Of a DNA stretch of 64,000 bases, positions 21,111 to 32,652 are shown piece after piece. Below the pieces are notes generated by a model that saw only the letters and a program-made list of their open reading frames with translations, did no database searches and was not told the origin of the DNA. The position numbers and the translations under genes are program-made. Origin of the DNA: an uncultured Acidobacteriota bacterium (lineage in GTDB: Bacteria; Acidobacteriota; UBA6911). The stretch is taken from contig CAWJKZ010000019.1 in the NCBI GenBank assembly GCA_963843575.1, positions 464,907-528,906 on the forward strand. The letters run 5' to 3'. Every line of letters starts with the position of its first letter. Position 1 is the first letter of the stretch.

Positions 21111-21907
21111 TTACAGAAGATCCATGACATAGGCGAGCTTTCTGCGATACAGCCAGTATGCGAACGCGGCCAGCGCGACGCTCGTGCACACCACGCAGAA
21201 GCAGGGACCCCAGGTCAGGGGACGACCCGTACATGAAGATGGAACGATAGTCTCGCACCAAAGCCGCCATGGGATTTGCCGCATACAAGTAGCGATACTC
21301 CGCGCCAAAGTCCCGATAAAATATCGGGGTCAGATAAAACAAGAGGAGAACGCACATATTGACGAGGTGCTGCACGTCCCGGTAAATCACGTTGAGTGTC
21401 GCTATGATCAAACTCAGTCCCGTGGTGAAGACGGCCTGAACTACCAGCAACAGCGGGAAAAAGAGCAGGCAGAGGCTCGGCTTGCAGCCGTACAGGGCCG
21501 AGGGTGGCAAAGAGAATCGGCAGGAATAGCAGGTATTGCAGCAGGTTGGAAAGAGTATCGACGGCCACCAGGACGACCGGTTCGAAATTGGGCCGCCTGA
21601 CGATGTCGCGATTGGAGATAAAAAGCGTGCCGGCGGACCTGAGACAATTGCTGAACCAGGTCCAGGGGAGCAACGCAGTCAGGACAAAGGCCGGGTACGA
21701 CTCTATATTCAACGGAACGACGCGGCGGAACAGGAAGACCAGCACGAGCAATTGCGCCAACGGAGGCACAAGGGACCAGATGGCGCCCAGCCACGATCCC
21801 TTGAAGCGAAGGGTAAAATCCCTCCACACGAGGTGGCTGATCAGGTCAGCAGGAGTACTTGAGTGATGCGCACGGCAGCGTTTACCGCCCGGACGGATTA
21901 GAAGCAT
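21111..21907 (-). CDS. wzm: Wzm ABC-2 permease (frameshifted)
   Basis: RDFTLRFKGSWLGAIWS, YRDVQH, FYLTPIFY, ANPMA. Confidence 0.88.
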
Positions 21908-22849
21908 TGGCCGGTCTCTCCGGCCACTTTTATTCTCTGGAGAATACGGTCTGAAAGAAGTTTCTTGATAAGTTGCACGTTGTGCCAGCCCAGCAACGAC
22001 ATCCCCAGCAGCCAGTAGCTCATCGGATGAGCGGGATTGCACCTTATCGATTTGAGGGTGTATCGATAGGCCCGGGCTGTCTGGCCGGATTCGTAACACA
22101 ACGCTCCCAGCCTGAGATACCAGGAGCCGAGAGCCCTGGGATTCGGTGCGATCAGGGCTGCGTGCTTCTGCAGGAAAAGCTCCTTGCCGGTGATCCTGAG
22201 CGGTAAGTTGTTGGAAATCTGATCCGCGTGAACCAGGTACTTCACCAAAGGCTCGTCGATGCACTCGAAGGAAAACAGCTTGGATATCCGCACCCACAAA
22301 TCATAATCGACGCAGTAGGGGAGGGAGGGGTCGAACAGGCCGACCGCGTCGAGACATTCCCTGCGCAGCAGGACCGTGGACGGGGTGCCGACGACGTTGA
22401 GGACGGCCATCTCGTTGTAGATATATCCTCTCATGTTGGGAGACCGTTGGTTGACGGTCTCGCCGGTGGATCCGTCTATCCTCGAGAAACCCCGAATAGA
22501 CTCCGCCAACCGCGGGCGGGCTGCCGTCCAGCAGCTTCACCTGGCGCTCCAGCTTGTCGGGAAACCACTGATCGTCGTCATCCAGGAAGGCCACCAGCCT
22601 GGAGTTCGAATTCAGGATTCCCGTGTTGCGCGCCTCGGCTTCCCCCTTGTTGACGTCGTGTCTGATGCACCTCGCGCGGGAATCGCCGAAGCGGCGGAGG
22701 ACGGCGTCGCATCCGTTTGAGGACGCGTCGTCGACGACGATGACGGACAAATCGCGATAAGTCTGATTCAGGACGCTCTCGACGGCGAGCGAGAGCAACT
22801 GAGGCCGGTTATAGGTTGGGATAATGACGTCGACCGTTGGCATCAGCAC
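21898..22849 (-). CDS. GT2 glycosyltransferase (frameshift near 22510)
   Basis: VIIPTYNR, VVDDAS, ARNTG, FLDDDD, DYDLW. Confidence 0.9.
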
Positions 22850-22850
22850 C

Positions 22851-24070
22851 TCATCCGCGTGAATCGGCGGAGATCCGCGTCCTCTTTGTTGAAATAATGG
22901 CCCGGCGGTAGGCCAGCGGGGATGACAAGGCGCCCGAAGTCTCGATCAAGGCGCGATGAAATCCACCGCGGTCACGCCTGACCACGCAGCCGAGAAGGCG
23001 GCGCAGCAGCCAACCCCACATCCAGGACCGCAAAGCGAACCGCACTACCGCCGTCCTTTGGGAGGGATTCGTACGGGCCGCGGTGAGGAGGTAAGCCCCG
23101 AATGCGCGGCCATTGCTGTAAAGCTGCCGTTTGAGGGCACTCGGCTGGCGGCGATGGGTGTGCCGCACCAGGGCGGCGGGTTCGTAGCGCACCACATGAC
23201 CGCCGGCGACGGTGCGGTGGAGGAACTCGATGTCGCCGCCTCCCCTGGTGGGGGTGCCGACATCCAGTGCGACGTCGAATCTGCCGATCCTGTCCGGAAG
23301 CGCCCGTCGGAAGGCCATGTTCGTGCCGACGCCCCAACTGCTCGCCCAGAACAGTTGCGTATCGCTGAGGGCTTCGCGGCGGTAGGTCTTTTCCAGAAAC
23401 CCCTTGCCCATGCCCCCGTAATTCTCGAAATCGACCTGGGCGCCGGTTTCCAGTTCGGCAGGCAGGACCAGCCCTGTCACGGCCATGACCGTTGGATCCT
23501 CGAACCCGCGGGCCAGCCCGCGCAGCCACCCGGGGGATGCCAAGGCGTCGTCGTCGATGAAGGCGATGATGTCGTGTCGCGCTTCGTCGATGCCCCGATT
23601 GCGGGCCCAATCGAGCCCGGCAGTCTCCTCGCGCACGCATCGGAAGCCGTTCCGGGCGGCGACCTGGGCCACGTCGCCGTCTCGGGAGGCGTTGTCCACG
23701 ACGAGAACTTCATAGGCCTCGTAATCCAGGCGTCTCAGGCTCTGGAGGCAGTTGTCCAGCGCAACAGGCCGGTCCCGGGTGCACACCACGACGGAGATGG
23801 CCGGAAGCGCCTTGTCGTCGCCCTCGGTCAGGGTGTCGAGAACGCCCCCGACGGCCCGCTGCAGCAGGCAGTGACTGAACCACGAATAGATTTCTTCTCT
23901 CAGCTGCGCGACGCCGAAAGACCTCGAGTTGGGCGGGCAGGGAAGCCGCACCACGCCGAGCGGAGAATATCCCCAGCGCACCAGCAGGTGCAGTTCGGCG
24001 TAGCGCGGATCCACGTAGACGGGCTCCAGCGCCCTTGTGAGGTCGACCTCGGCTAACTTGGCTGTCGTGG
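22851..24070 (-). CDS. GT2 glycosyltransferase
   Basis: VVVCTRDR, VVDNAS, GLDWARNRG, FIDDDA, GGDIEF; start uncertain and may be fused to the upstream GT2. Confidence 0.8.
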
Positions 24071-25326
24071 GCGGTTCTCCCAGGATTGTTTGGCAAGGTG
24101 AAATGCCAGCGCAGGCACGTAGCGCTGCTCGGCCAGCGTCAGCAGCGCATCCTGCACGTGTCGCACGCAGAGCGGTTCGGCGCCCGGCTGAGGCGCCAGC
24201 GCCAGGACCTCGACCCCCTCCATCGACACGCGCAACCCATCGCTGGCCGCGCGGTCCGGGATTGGCTGCAGGACTTCCTCGGTCTGGCAGCGACGTCAGT
24301 TCGAGAACGGGCGCGTCGCCGGCGACGGCGGGTGGCGGCGCGATTCCTTCGAGCCAGTCATAGAACTCGCGCTCGCTCCCGGCCGCGCTCGCCACTCCCC
24401 GCCAGAAGTTGTAGCAACGCAACCAGGCGACGGTGTGCTGCCACGGCGCGCGCAAGCGGGTGCGCTCGAAAAACTCCGCCTGACGGACCAACAGCCGGGC
24501 GATCCGGTCTCCCAGGCCCGAATGGTTGAACGCAAGCGCACGGAGACGCTTCGTCACCCAGGAGTTGGTTTCGGGAAACTTGAGTGCGGTACCGATCATT
24601 TCCGGGTGGCGTTTTCCGATGCGAACGATCCCGATTCCCTCCCGGCGGGTGCGGAGCAGGGATCGACCGAGGTTCGTCTCGTCGTGGTGATACCCGACCG
24701 CCTCGGGCACGAAGCAGAAACGGGCTCCCGCCTCGAGCAACCTCACCCCGAGTTCGTAATCCTCGTATCCGGCGTCGGAGAAAGCCGTGTCGAAACCCCC
24801 GACCCGCCGGAAGAGAGCCGCCGGCAGGGACACGTTGCCGGTCAGAAAATCCCGGAACGTGAAGCGATGCCCCGGCCGGCGCATTTCGCTGAAAGTGTCC
24901 TCCCACCAGCGGCGCGCGCCGTAGTGCCACCAGCTCAACGGCGTTTGATAAACCGGCTTCGAGTATCCTATCGCGACCCGCTCGTCGCGCTGCGCCGTCA
25001 CGTGCGCCCGCACCAGGTCCGGGTGTGCGAGCACGTCGTCGTCCAGAAAGAGCAGAACGTCCCCTCGCGCGTTCGATGCCCCCAGGTTCCGGCTGGCGGC
25101 GGCGCTGCCCGCGGAAAGGCTGAAAAACTGCAGCGAGTAGTTCGCGCGGGAGGAGAAGGACTGCAGCATCGCCGGCTGTGTCGTCCTGGCAGGAATCCGC
25201 TATAACCAGGACCTCGAATCCGTCGGCAGGGCAGGACTGGAGATTCAGCGCCTCCAGGTTCTTTTCGAGCAGGCGGCTGCGATTGTGGCTCGGGATGATG
25301 AGTGAGACGAAAGGTCGCGGCGTCAT
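24053..25326 (-). CDS. GT2 glycosyltransferase (frameshifted)
   Basis: SLIIPSHNR, ASRNLG, FLDDDV, EDYELG. Confidence 0.82.
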
Positions 25327-26567
25327 TTGACCACCCCGTCCAGCATCGAAGAAGAGCGGGGCACGGGATCCTGCAGGGAAGGCTCGTGCGCCGGGCTCCG
25401 TCGTTTCAATGCACGCCGGGAACTCCAGTACTTCAGCGGACCCAGCAGGGCTCCGACGAACTCGGCCAACGCCAGGCCTGCCGGGGGGTAATCCCGGCCT
25501 CTCAGCAGGGCTCCCACCAGATTGCGACAATGATGCTGCAGGAACCACTTCGGCGCCAGTCTCAGCAGGGACAGTTCCCGCTCCAGCAGCAGCGCGCCGG
25601 TCCACCACGCAAACACCCCGACCCCGTAGCCGAAGATCGTCCTGCGCAACGCCTTCCACTCCCGCCGATGCCTGTGCCACACCAAAGCGGCCGGCTCGTA
25701 CACAAGCCGATATCCCCGGGCCAGGGTCCGGAAGAAGAATTCCTGGTCCCCGCCGCTCAGTGTCGGCGTCCCCCCATCGAGCGCCTCGTCGAAGAGGCCG
25801 ATCTCCGGGAGCGCGCTTCGGCGCACCGCCATGTTGACGCCCGCGCCGAGGGTCCCCGCCGCGAGGGGGTTCTGATTGCTCAGGTCGAACTGGCGGCGCC
25901 GGAATCCCCGATTGAAAGCGTTTGTAGACTCAAACCACTGTTGTGCCTCCGTGTTCAGTTCCAGGGGCATCGTGATGCCGGTGACGACCGCGACCAGGGG
26001 ATCGCGAAAATTCCTCGCCAGCGCCTCCAGCCATCCCGGATCCACCTGCGCGTCGTCGTCGGTAAAGGCGACGATCTCGCCTTTCGCGGCGAGCAGGCCG
26101 CGATTCCGGGCAATATCCAGTCCGGGCCTCGGTTCACGCAGGTATTGGATCCCGGGATATCGCGCCACCAATGTCGCGGTGCTTTCATCTGTAGGACAGT
26201 TGTCCACCACGATGACTTCGTGACCCTGAAGCGCGAGCTCGGACAATCCGGGAAGGCACAGCTCGAGGTCGGCGGTCCGGTTCCGGGTACAGACGACCAC
26301 GGAAGCCGACGGCGTGGGTTCCGATGAATCCCGTTGGCGGGAAATGAGTTGTCCCCAGATGGGCGTCGCGAGGCTGGGCACAACAGCCTGCAGTTGATCC
26401 GAGGTGATACAACCCCCGTAGACGCTGAGAACAGCTTGCCCCACCACGGCCGTGCCCAGGCGGAAAACGACCAGGGCCTTGCGATAGGCCTGAAGATCCT
26501 CAATGCCGTGCTTCATCCGATCGAGCTGGATTGCGCGCACGGCTATCGGCAGACGCGGTTGGGCCAT
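25323..26567 (-). CDS. GT2 glycosyltransferase
   Basis: VVVCTRNR, VVDN, GLDIARNRG, FTDDDA, GGDQEF; paralog of 22851..24070. Confidence 0.9.
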   Translation of the reverse strand: MAQPRLPIAVRAIQLDRMKHGIEDLQAYRKALVVFRLGTAVVGQAVLSVYGGCITSDQLQAVVPSLATPIWGQLISRQRDSSEPTPSASVVVCTRNRTADLELCLPGLSELALQGHEVIVVDNCPTDESTATLVARYPGIQYLREPRPGLDIARNRGLLAAKGEIVAFTDDDAQVDPGWLEALARNFRDPLVAVVTGITMPLELNTEAQQWFESTNAFNRGFRRRQFDLSNQNPLAAGTLGAGVNMAVRRSALPEIGLFDEALDGGTPTLSGGDQEFFFRTLARGYRLVYEPAALVWHRHRREWKALRRTIFGYGVGVFAWWTGALLLERELSLLRLAPKWFLQHHCRNLVGALLRGRDYPPAGLALAEFVGALLGPLKYWSSRRALKRRSPAHEPSLQDPVPRSSSMLDGVVK

Positions 26568-26629
26568 CAGCTTTGGGTCCCCACGTCGGAGTTTATCGTC
26601 CTAAGTGCTAAGAATCTGCAAGTATTTCA

Positions 26630-26812
26630 GATTCGTGCAGATCCGCGTCCCAGCCCGGGTTATATAGAGGACGCGGATTAACGCCGATCTTCGACGAAGA
26701 CATCCGTTTCAGCAGGTCGATCCAGTAAGCCTCGGGGTTTTATAAAACAAAGGGACGCGGATTTGACCGGATCCTCGCGGATCCGCGTAAATCAGCGCAA
26801 ATCCGCGTCCCC
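26630..26812. repeat. Family-3 periodic inverted repeat cluster
   Basis: GGGACGCGGATTT...CGCGGATCCGCG...AAATCCGCGTCCC; similar clusters at 27642-27682, 30443-30515 and 60672-60732. Confidence 0.75.
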
Positions 26813-27547
26813 CTTTCCCTCGAGCTTCCGGCCCTGCTTCGCGAGCAGCGCGGGCGACAGGGTCCGGAGTGCGTCGGAGGAGGCCTGGTACAGGCGCACC
26901 CTCTCGACTGCGTCGTTGCCCTGGTCGCCCTCATCCGGCTTGGGCTCCTCGCGCCCTGGTGGATGCTGGTAACTGTCCACCGCTTCGTAGAAGCAGGCCG
27001 CCGCGGACTCCAGCGAGTCCAGGCAGCGCTGGAACACTCTCCTGAAGCTCTCGAACGGGGAGCAAAAGAGCTCGACGAACACGACGACCATGGTGTCCAC
27101 CAGGCAGACCTTGGCGGCCTTGACTCTGGTCGACACCGTCGTGCAGGCCAGCAGCACGAGACCCTTTTCGTAGTCGTTGGTGACCGTTTTGTAGATGTTG
27201 GGGAGGGCGAACTGGATGTAGTCCTCGTCCTTGTCCTCCAGGTGGGCCAGGAAGGTCAGCGGCTTGATCGCGAACCAGATGTATCCGTACCGGTCGACGC
27301 TCGGGCTGTAGCCCTGTTCCCGCAAAAACTGCATTAACAGGTCCCGGCGTTGCGCGAGCTCCATGAACTGCGGCGCCTGCATCACGGGCGTGGGGAGCCG
27401 CCGGTCCTGGGAGCCGGCCTCCGGGCTGCTGAAAAAGCGCAGGCAGCTCGCGCAGAGATGCTTGCCAAGATGCCCCGCGGTCTGGCTGCAGGTCCCCTCG
27501 TTGTTGTCGGCGCACCTGTGTCTTGCCCTGCAATCGTTGAGCACCAT
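26792..27547 (-). CDS. Hypothetical protein: Cys/His-rich N-terminus plus possible YbjN-like domain
   Basis: CRARHRC...CSQTAGHLGKHLCASC, then LMQFLREQGYSPSVD...FALPNIY...KAAKV; start uncertain. Confidence 0.5.
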   Translation of the reverse strand: MVLNDCRARHRCADNNEGTCSQTAGHLGKHLCASCLRFFSSPEAGSQDRRLPTPVMQAPQFMELAQRRDLLMQFLREQGYSPSVDRYGYIWFAIKPLTFLAHLEDKDEDYIQFALPNIYKTVTNDYEKGLVLLACTTVSTRVKAAKVCLVDTMVVVFVELFCSPFESFRRVFQRCLDSLESAAACFYEAVDSYQHPPGREEPKPDEGDQGNDAVERVRLYQASSDALRTLSPALLAKQGRKLEGKGDADLR

Positions 27548-27848
27548 AGCACCGATCCTATGCCTCCCCACCCCTTCAAAGCAATATGGAGAGAAAACAA
27601 GTGACGCCGGCCCCATCTTCGCCCGCAACACAAAAAGGCAAGGGGACGCGGATCCGCGTGAATCGGCGCAGATCCGCGTCCCCTCTTGTCATCCACGCGA
27701 AACCAGGTTCCGCAATCAGGCTTCGTCTTCCGCGGCCCGCATCCGAAAGCGGCGTTTTGCTGCCGGTCTCCCGGAAACTGTCGAAACTGTGACGGGCGAC
27801 ATAGTGCCTTCATTGTTCGCGATATTTAATAGCCCGCGAGGTACCCGC

Positions 27849-30438
27849 ATGAGATTGATATTCCCCCGTAACGCCCTGACTCTACCAATCCTCATTCTTG
27901 CCGCCCTTGCGTCTTCCACCGCGGCACTGGCGGACGATGTCGCGCTCGCATGGGACCCCGCGGTCGGTCCGGCCCTCGCCGGCTACAAGCTCTACTACGG
28001 CACGGCTTCCCACCAGTACACAAACTCGATCGATGTCGGCAACGTCACGACGTATTCCGTGAAGGGTCTCCCGGCAGCCACGTATTACTTCGCGGCCACG
28101 GCCTACAACTCCACTCGCACGGAAACCGGTTACACCAACGAGGTCTCGGTAGTCGTTACGGCTGCGGACACGCAAGCCCCGGTGATCAGCTCGGTGGCCG
28201 AGCTCGTCCGTCGCCGCTTCGTCGGCCACGATCACCTGGACGACCAACGAGGGGGCAACCACCCAGGTCGAATATGGACTCGGTACCGCCTACGGTTCGC
28301 TCACGACCCTCGATGCCGTGATGAGGACCGCGCACTCCGTGCCTGTCAGCGGTCTCTCTCCCGCGACGAGGTATCACTACCGCGTCAGATCCAGGGACGC
28401 GACCGGGAACTCCGCGGTGTCGGCGGACTTCACGTTCACCACCGCGGCCCCGGCCGATTCGACGCCGCCGGTGATCAGCTCGGTGGCCAGCTCGTCCGTG
28501 ACCTCGAGTTCCGCCTCGATCACCTGGACGACGAACGAAGCGGCGGACGGGCTCGTCGAGTACGGCACCACCACTGCCTACGGGTCGGCAACAACGCTAA
28601 ATGCGGCGCGCGTGACCGCGCACTCGCAGACACTCGGCAGTCTGGCGGCCAAGACGACGTATCATTTCCGTGTGAAGTCGAAGGACGCCGCCGCCAACCA
28701 GGCGGTGTCGGCGGACTTCACGTTCACCACCGCGGCCCCGGCTGACACGACGCCGCCGGTCATCAGCGCGGTGAAGGTTTCCGTGGTGACCGACACCTCC
28801 GCGACGGTCTCCTGGACCACCAACGAGCCGGCTGACGGGCAGGTCCAGTACGGCACTTCCACCGCGTACGGCTCCTCGACCACTCAGAATTCAGCGATGA
28901 CATCATCCCATGCGCAAGCCCTGAACGGCCTGACTGCCGGCAAAGGCTATCACTACCGCGTGAAGTCGAAGGACGCCGCCGGTAACCTCGCCACGTCGAT
29001 CGACTACGCCTTCGTCATGACGCCCGACGCGAGCGCCGGCCTGGTCGCGGCGTACGGCTTCGACGAGGGCGCCGGCACGACGACCGCCGACCAGTCGCGC
29101 TCCCGAAGTGTGGCGACGCTGAACGGTGCGTACTGGACGACCACCGCAAAGTTCGGCAAGGCCCTCTCTTTCAACGGGAAGAACAGCTATGTGTCCGCCG
29201 GCCTCACCGGTCTGCCCGACCTCGGCACTCCCAAGACGGTCGCCTGCTGGCTTTATATGAACAGCAGGCCGTCCGGGCTCCAATCGACGGTGGTTCTGGC
29301 CAACTCCGCCCGGCAGGCTTCGGTGAAGCTCGGCATCAAGTACTCGCAGGTGGGGATGTTGCAGTTCGGCGACACGTGGATCGTCGCCTCCATCCTGCCG
29401 TCGACGCGCCGGTGGCATCATTTCGCGTACGTTTTCGACGGCTCTTTGAACCGGTTCTACGTCGACGGCGCGCTGACCAGCACGTCGACAGTCGTCCCGC
29501 GACCGGCTCCCGTCACCACCTTCGAGATCGGCCGCTCAGTTCCGGGCTATTACAAAGGGCTGATTGACGAGGTCCGCGTCTATAACCGGGCTCTCACCCA
29601 GGATGAGGTGAAGTCGATCATGTCCGTTCCGGTGTCTGGTCTGATCACCGCTGCGCTCCCGGTGGCGGCCAGGGCCCCGGATCCGGCGGACGTCACGGCG
29701 CAAAACTCGGCTGCAGAGGCCGCGGCGCCCGATCCTGGACAGGCCCCCCCGATCGTCGGGATTCGGATGACGCAGCGCTCGTACGGGGCCGGGCAGACGG
29801 TTGGCGTGGATTCCTACTGGGTCAGCAACCCTTCGGAGTATACGCGGGAGGTGGCGCTGAAGACGTGGTTGCAGGGCCCGGGCATGGACCCGGTTCCGGT
29901 GGGAGATATGGGCGCCGGAGAAGTGGTGACGCTGGCGCCGCGCCACGATGAAGACTACGGCGCGCAGGCGCTCTTTGACGTTGCCGGCGACCTTCCTCCC
30001 GGCAGGTACCAGTTCGGTGCGCGCGTGATCGACCCGGTAACAGGGGACATTCTGTCCGAAGATGTCGAGCCGTTCACGATCGGTTCGGCGGCAAAATACC
30101 GCACTGTCGAGTCGCGCCGCGAGATGTTGCTGCTGGCGGGCCTGGAGGAATGGGGCGAGTACGGCATCACGAACGTGGGTGCGGAGGATGCGTCGTTTGA
30201 GGTGAAGATGTGGCTCGAAGCGGCCGGGCAGGTGCCGGTCCCGGTGCTGTCGCTGGGGGCCGACGGTGCGCTGGTCCTCGCTCCGGGTGACCGCCTGAGC
30301 CTGGACCCGTTTGCCTCGTTCGAGCAACCGTCGGGGACGTGGGTGCTCAGGGCCCGGATCCTCGATCCGACCACAGGCCAGATCCTGTCGGAAAGCGAAA
30401 CCTTGCGTCCTGAGCGCAACGACCACGAACTGCAGTAG
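27849..30438 (+). CDS. Secreted protein: Fn3, three Fn3-like repeats, LamG, two C-terminal repeats (frameshift near 28200)
   Basis: Signal peptide; ITWTTNE...VEYG...YHYRV.S.D units with a 288-bp DNA period; GLVAAYGFDEG, GLIDEVRVYNRAL. Confidence 0.85.
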
Positions 30439-30671
30439 ATGCGGGGACACGGATCTGCGCGGATGCACACAGATTCCGACCGGTGAAAACCTGTGGGAAT
30501 CTGTGTCGCTCCGTGTTGACTCCCGATTGGCGCCGTACTAACAGTTCTCGGGCGCCCTCCGGGACCTCGGGATGACCAAGTACAACATCATTGCGCTTTC
30601 CCGGTGCCCATACCCTCTGTTCGCTGTATCATACGGCTTGCCTGGCCCCGCTCCCCCCGGAAAGGCTCGCC

Positions 30672-32606
30672 ATGAGACTCGCGCCTCGTCGGGCTGGTCT
30701 TCCGCTTTTGTTACTCCTGATCGGCTGCCAGAATCTGTACGGCCGGGACCTCGTGCTCGCCTGGGATCCCAACACGGAGCCTCAACTCGCCGGCTACAGA
30801 CTCTACCGCGGCCAATCCGCGAGAGCGTACGACACGGTTGTCGACGTTGGAGGAGTCTCGACGTGGACAGTGCGGGACCTCGTCCCGGGAACGTACTTTT
30901 TTGCCGTCACCGCCTACGACTTCTCGGGCTGGGAAACCGGGTACTCGAACGAAATCCTCGTCGTAATCCACAACCCGCCCCCCGCCCCCTCCCTGCTGAG
31001 CCCGTCGGATGGTACCGCGAGTTTTCCGCTAACGCCGGTCCTGTCTTGGTCTGCATCACCGGGTGCGGCTTCCTATGACGTGTACTTCGGCACGAGCAGC
31101 ATTCCGCCCCTGGTAATGACAACCACGGGGACTGTCTATTTCCCCCCAACTCTCGCCGCCGGCACGACCTATTACTGGATGGTTGTAGCCAGGAACGATT
31201 CCGGTTCGACCGCGAGCGTCACCTTGAGTTTCACCACCACCGCGACCCTGATGCCGGCACCGGCGATGACCACGAAAACCGCTGTCCCTCGGCTCGCAGC
31301 CGACTACGGCCCCGGGCCGCCGAACTCGGGTGACGCCCAGTACACCCGGATTGCGATTGCGAATGTCGGCAACGCCGATGCGTTCATGAGGCTCACGGCC
31401 TTTTCGCCGGAGGGTTTGCCGGCGACTGGCGCTGCGCTCCGCAACCCGCTTGTCTTTACCCTTGCCACGGGCCAGCAGGTCCAGATCATCGACGACTTGC
31501 TGTTTGGCGACGGGCTGATCGGGGGCGGGGGATCGCTGCAGGTCGAGAGTTCGTCGGACGCTATTGCGGGCTATTTCACCGTCTTCGACACCGCTCTGTC
31601 CGTACTCGACGGCGTCGCTCTTCCGACGACCACTACGACCGCGTTCGTGCTGCCCGAAGTGGAGAACCGGGGAAACACCCGGGTTCGCATCGCCAACCCG
31701 GGTGAAAACCGTGTCACCCTGGATGTCAGCGTGATTGGGGGCGACGGAGCCACGCGCCAATCGACCACGATGTTCATTGATCCCGGAGGTTCTCTGTCCG
31801 AGTCGTTCTCGACTCTGTTTCCCGTCCTGGTGCCTCTCTCCTCGGACTATCTGCTCATTACCGCCGATCACGGCGTGGTTCCAGTCGAGCTCTTCGGGAC
31901 CCCCGCAGGCGACATCAAGGCCTTGATCGGGCTCGACAAGAGTCATGGAGCGAGAACGTTGTACGCGCCCCAATATGCCGTCGGCGACTCCTGGCGCTCC
32001 TCCGTCTCGGTCATCAACGTGGATCCGGTCGCGGGAACGGTTACCCTCCGGTTGCGAGGAGAGGACGGATTACAGATCGGCGAGTCAAGGACCGAATCGA
32101 TTCCGGCCCACGGGAAACTGCACATCGAAGACCCGAAGTACTTTGGCGACTACTCGGGCAGGCTGATTCAGGGTTATCTCGAGATCGTCGGCAGCGGTCC
32201 GGGGATGGTCGGGAGCGTGACGTTCGCGGACCCGCAAGGAAAATCGGGGGCGGCGGCGCTGCCACTGACAGGGACGTTGCACACGTCCCTCATCTTTCCG
32301 CGAGTGGCGAGCGACCACGTCGTATTCACCGGGATCGCGCTACTCAATCCGGCCGAGGGACCGGCTCAAGTCACGTTGGACCTGTACGCCGCAAACGGAA
32401 CCCGGATCGCCACGAGCCGCCAGACGATTCCGGCGCGGGGCAGGGTTTGCAGGCTGCTGTCGGAGTACCTGCCTCCCCTGGCCGGACTCAGCCTGGATTC
32501 CGGTTACCTCAAAATCGAGTCGGACACCGGCATCGCCGCCTTCGCTCTCTTCGGTACTCAGACCCTCTCCTCCATCGCGGCCTCTGCAGCCCAGCCTGCC
32601 CGATAG
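30672..32606 (+). CDS. Secreted Fn3-containing beta-sandwich repeat protein
   Basis: Signal peptide; LAWDPN..LAGYRLY, TYYWMVVARN; repeated IAIAN / IALLNP modules. Confidence 0.8.
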   Translation: MRLAPRRAGLPLLLLLIGCQNLYGRDLVLAWDPNTEPQLAGYRLYRGQSARAYDTVVDVGGVSTWTVRDLVPGTYFFAVTAYDFSGWETGYSNEILVVIHNPPPAPSLLSPSDGTASFPLTPVLSWSASPGAASYDVYFGTSSIPPLVMTTTGTVYFPPTLAAGTTYYWMVVARNDSGSTASVTLSFTTTATLMPAPAMTTKTAVPRLAADYGPGPPNSGDAQYTRIAIANVGNADAFMRLTAFSPEGLPATGAALRNPLVFTLATGQQVQIIDDLLFGDGLIGGGGSLQVESSSDAIAGYFTVFDTALSVLDGVALPTTTTTAFVLPEVENRGNTRVRIANPGENRVTLDVSVIGGDGATRQSTTMFIDPGGSLSESFSTLFPVLVPLSSDYLLITADHGVVPVELFGTPAGDIKALIGLDKSHGARTLYAPQYAVGDSWRSSVSVINVDPVAGTVTLRLRGEDGLQIGESRTESIPAHGKLHIEDPKYFGDYSGRLIQGYLEIVGSGPGMVGSVTFADPQGKSGAAALPLTGTLHTSLIFPRVASDHVVFTGIALLNPAEGPAQVTLDLYAANGTRIATSRQTIPARGRVCRLLSEYLPPLAGLSLDSGYLKIESDTGIAAFALFGTQTLSSIAASAAQPAR

Positions 32607-32652
32607 GATCTGGCTTCCTGGCTTCCGTATCCCGCTGCTTTTTAGCGCGATA

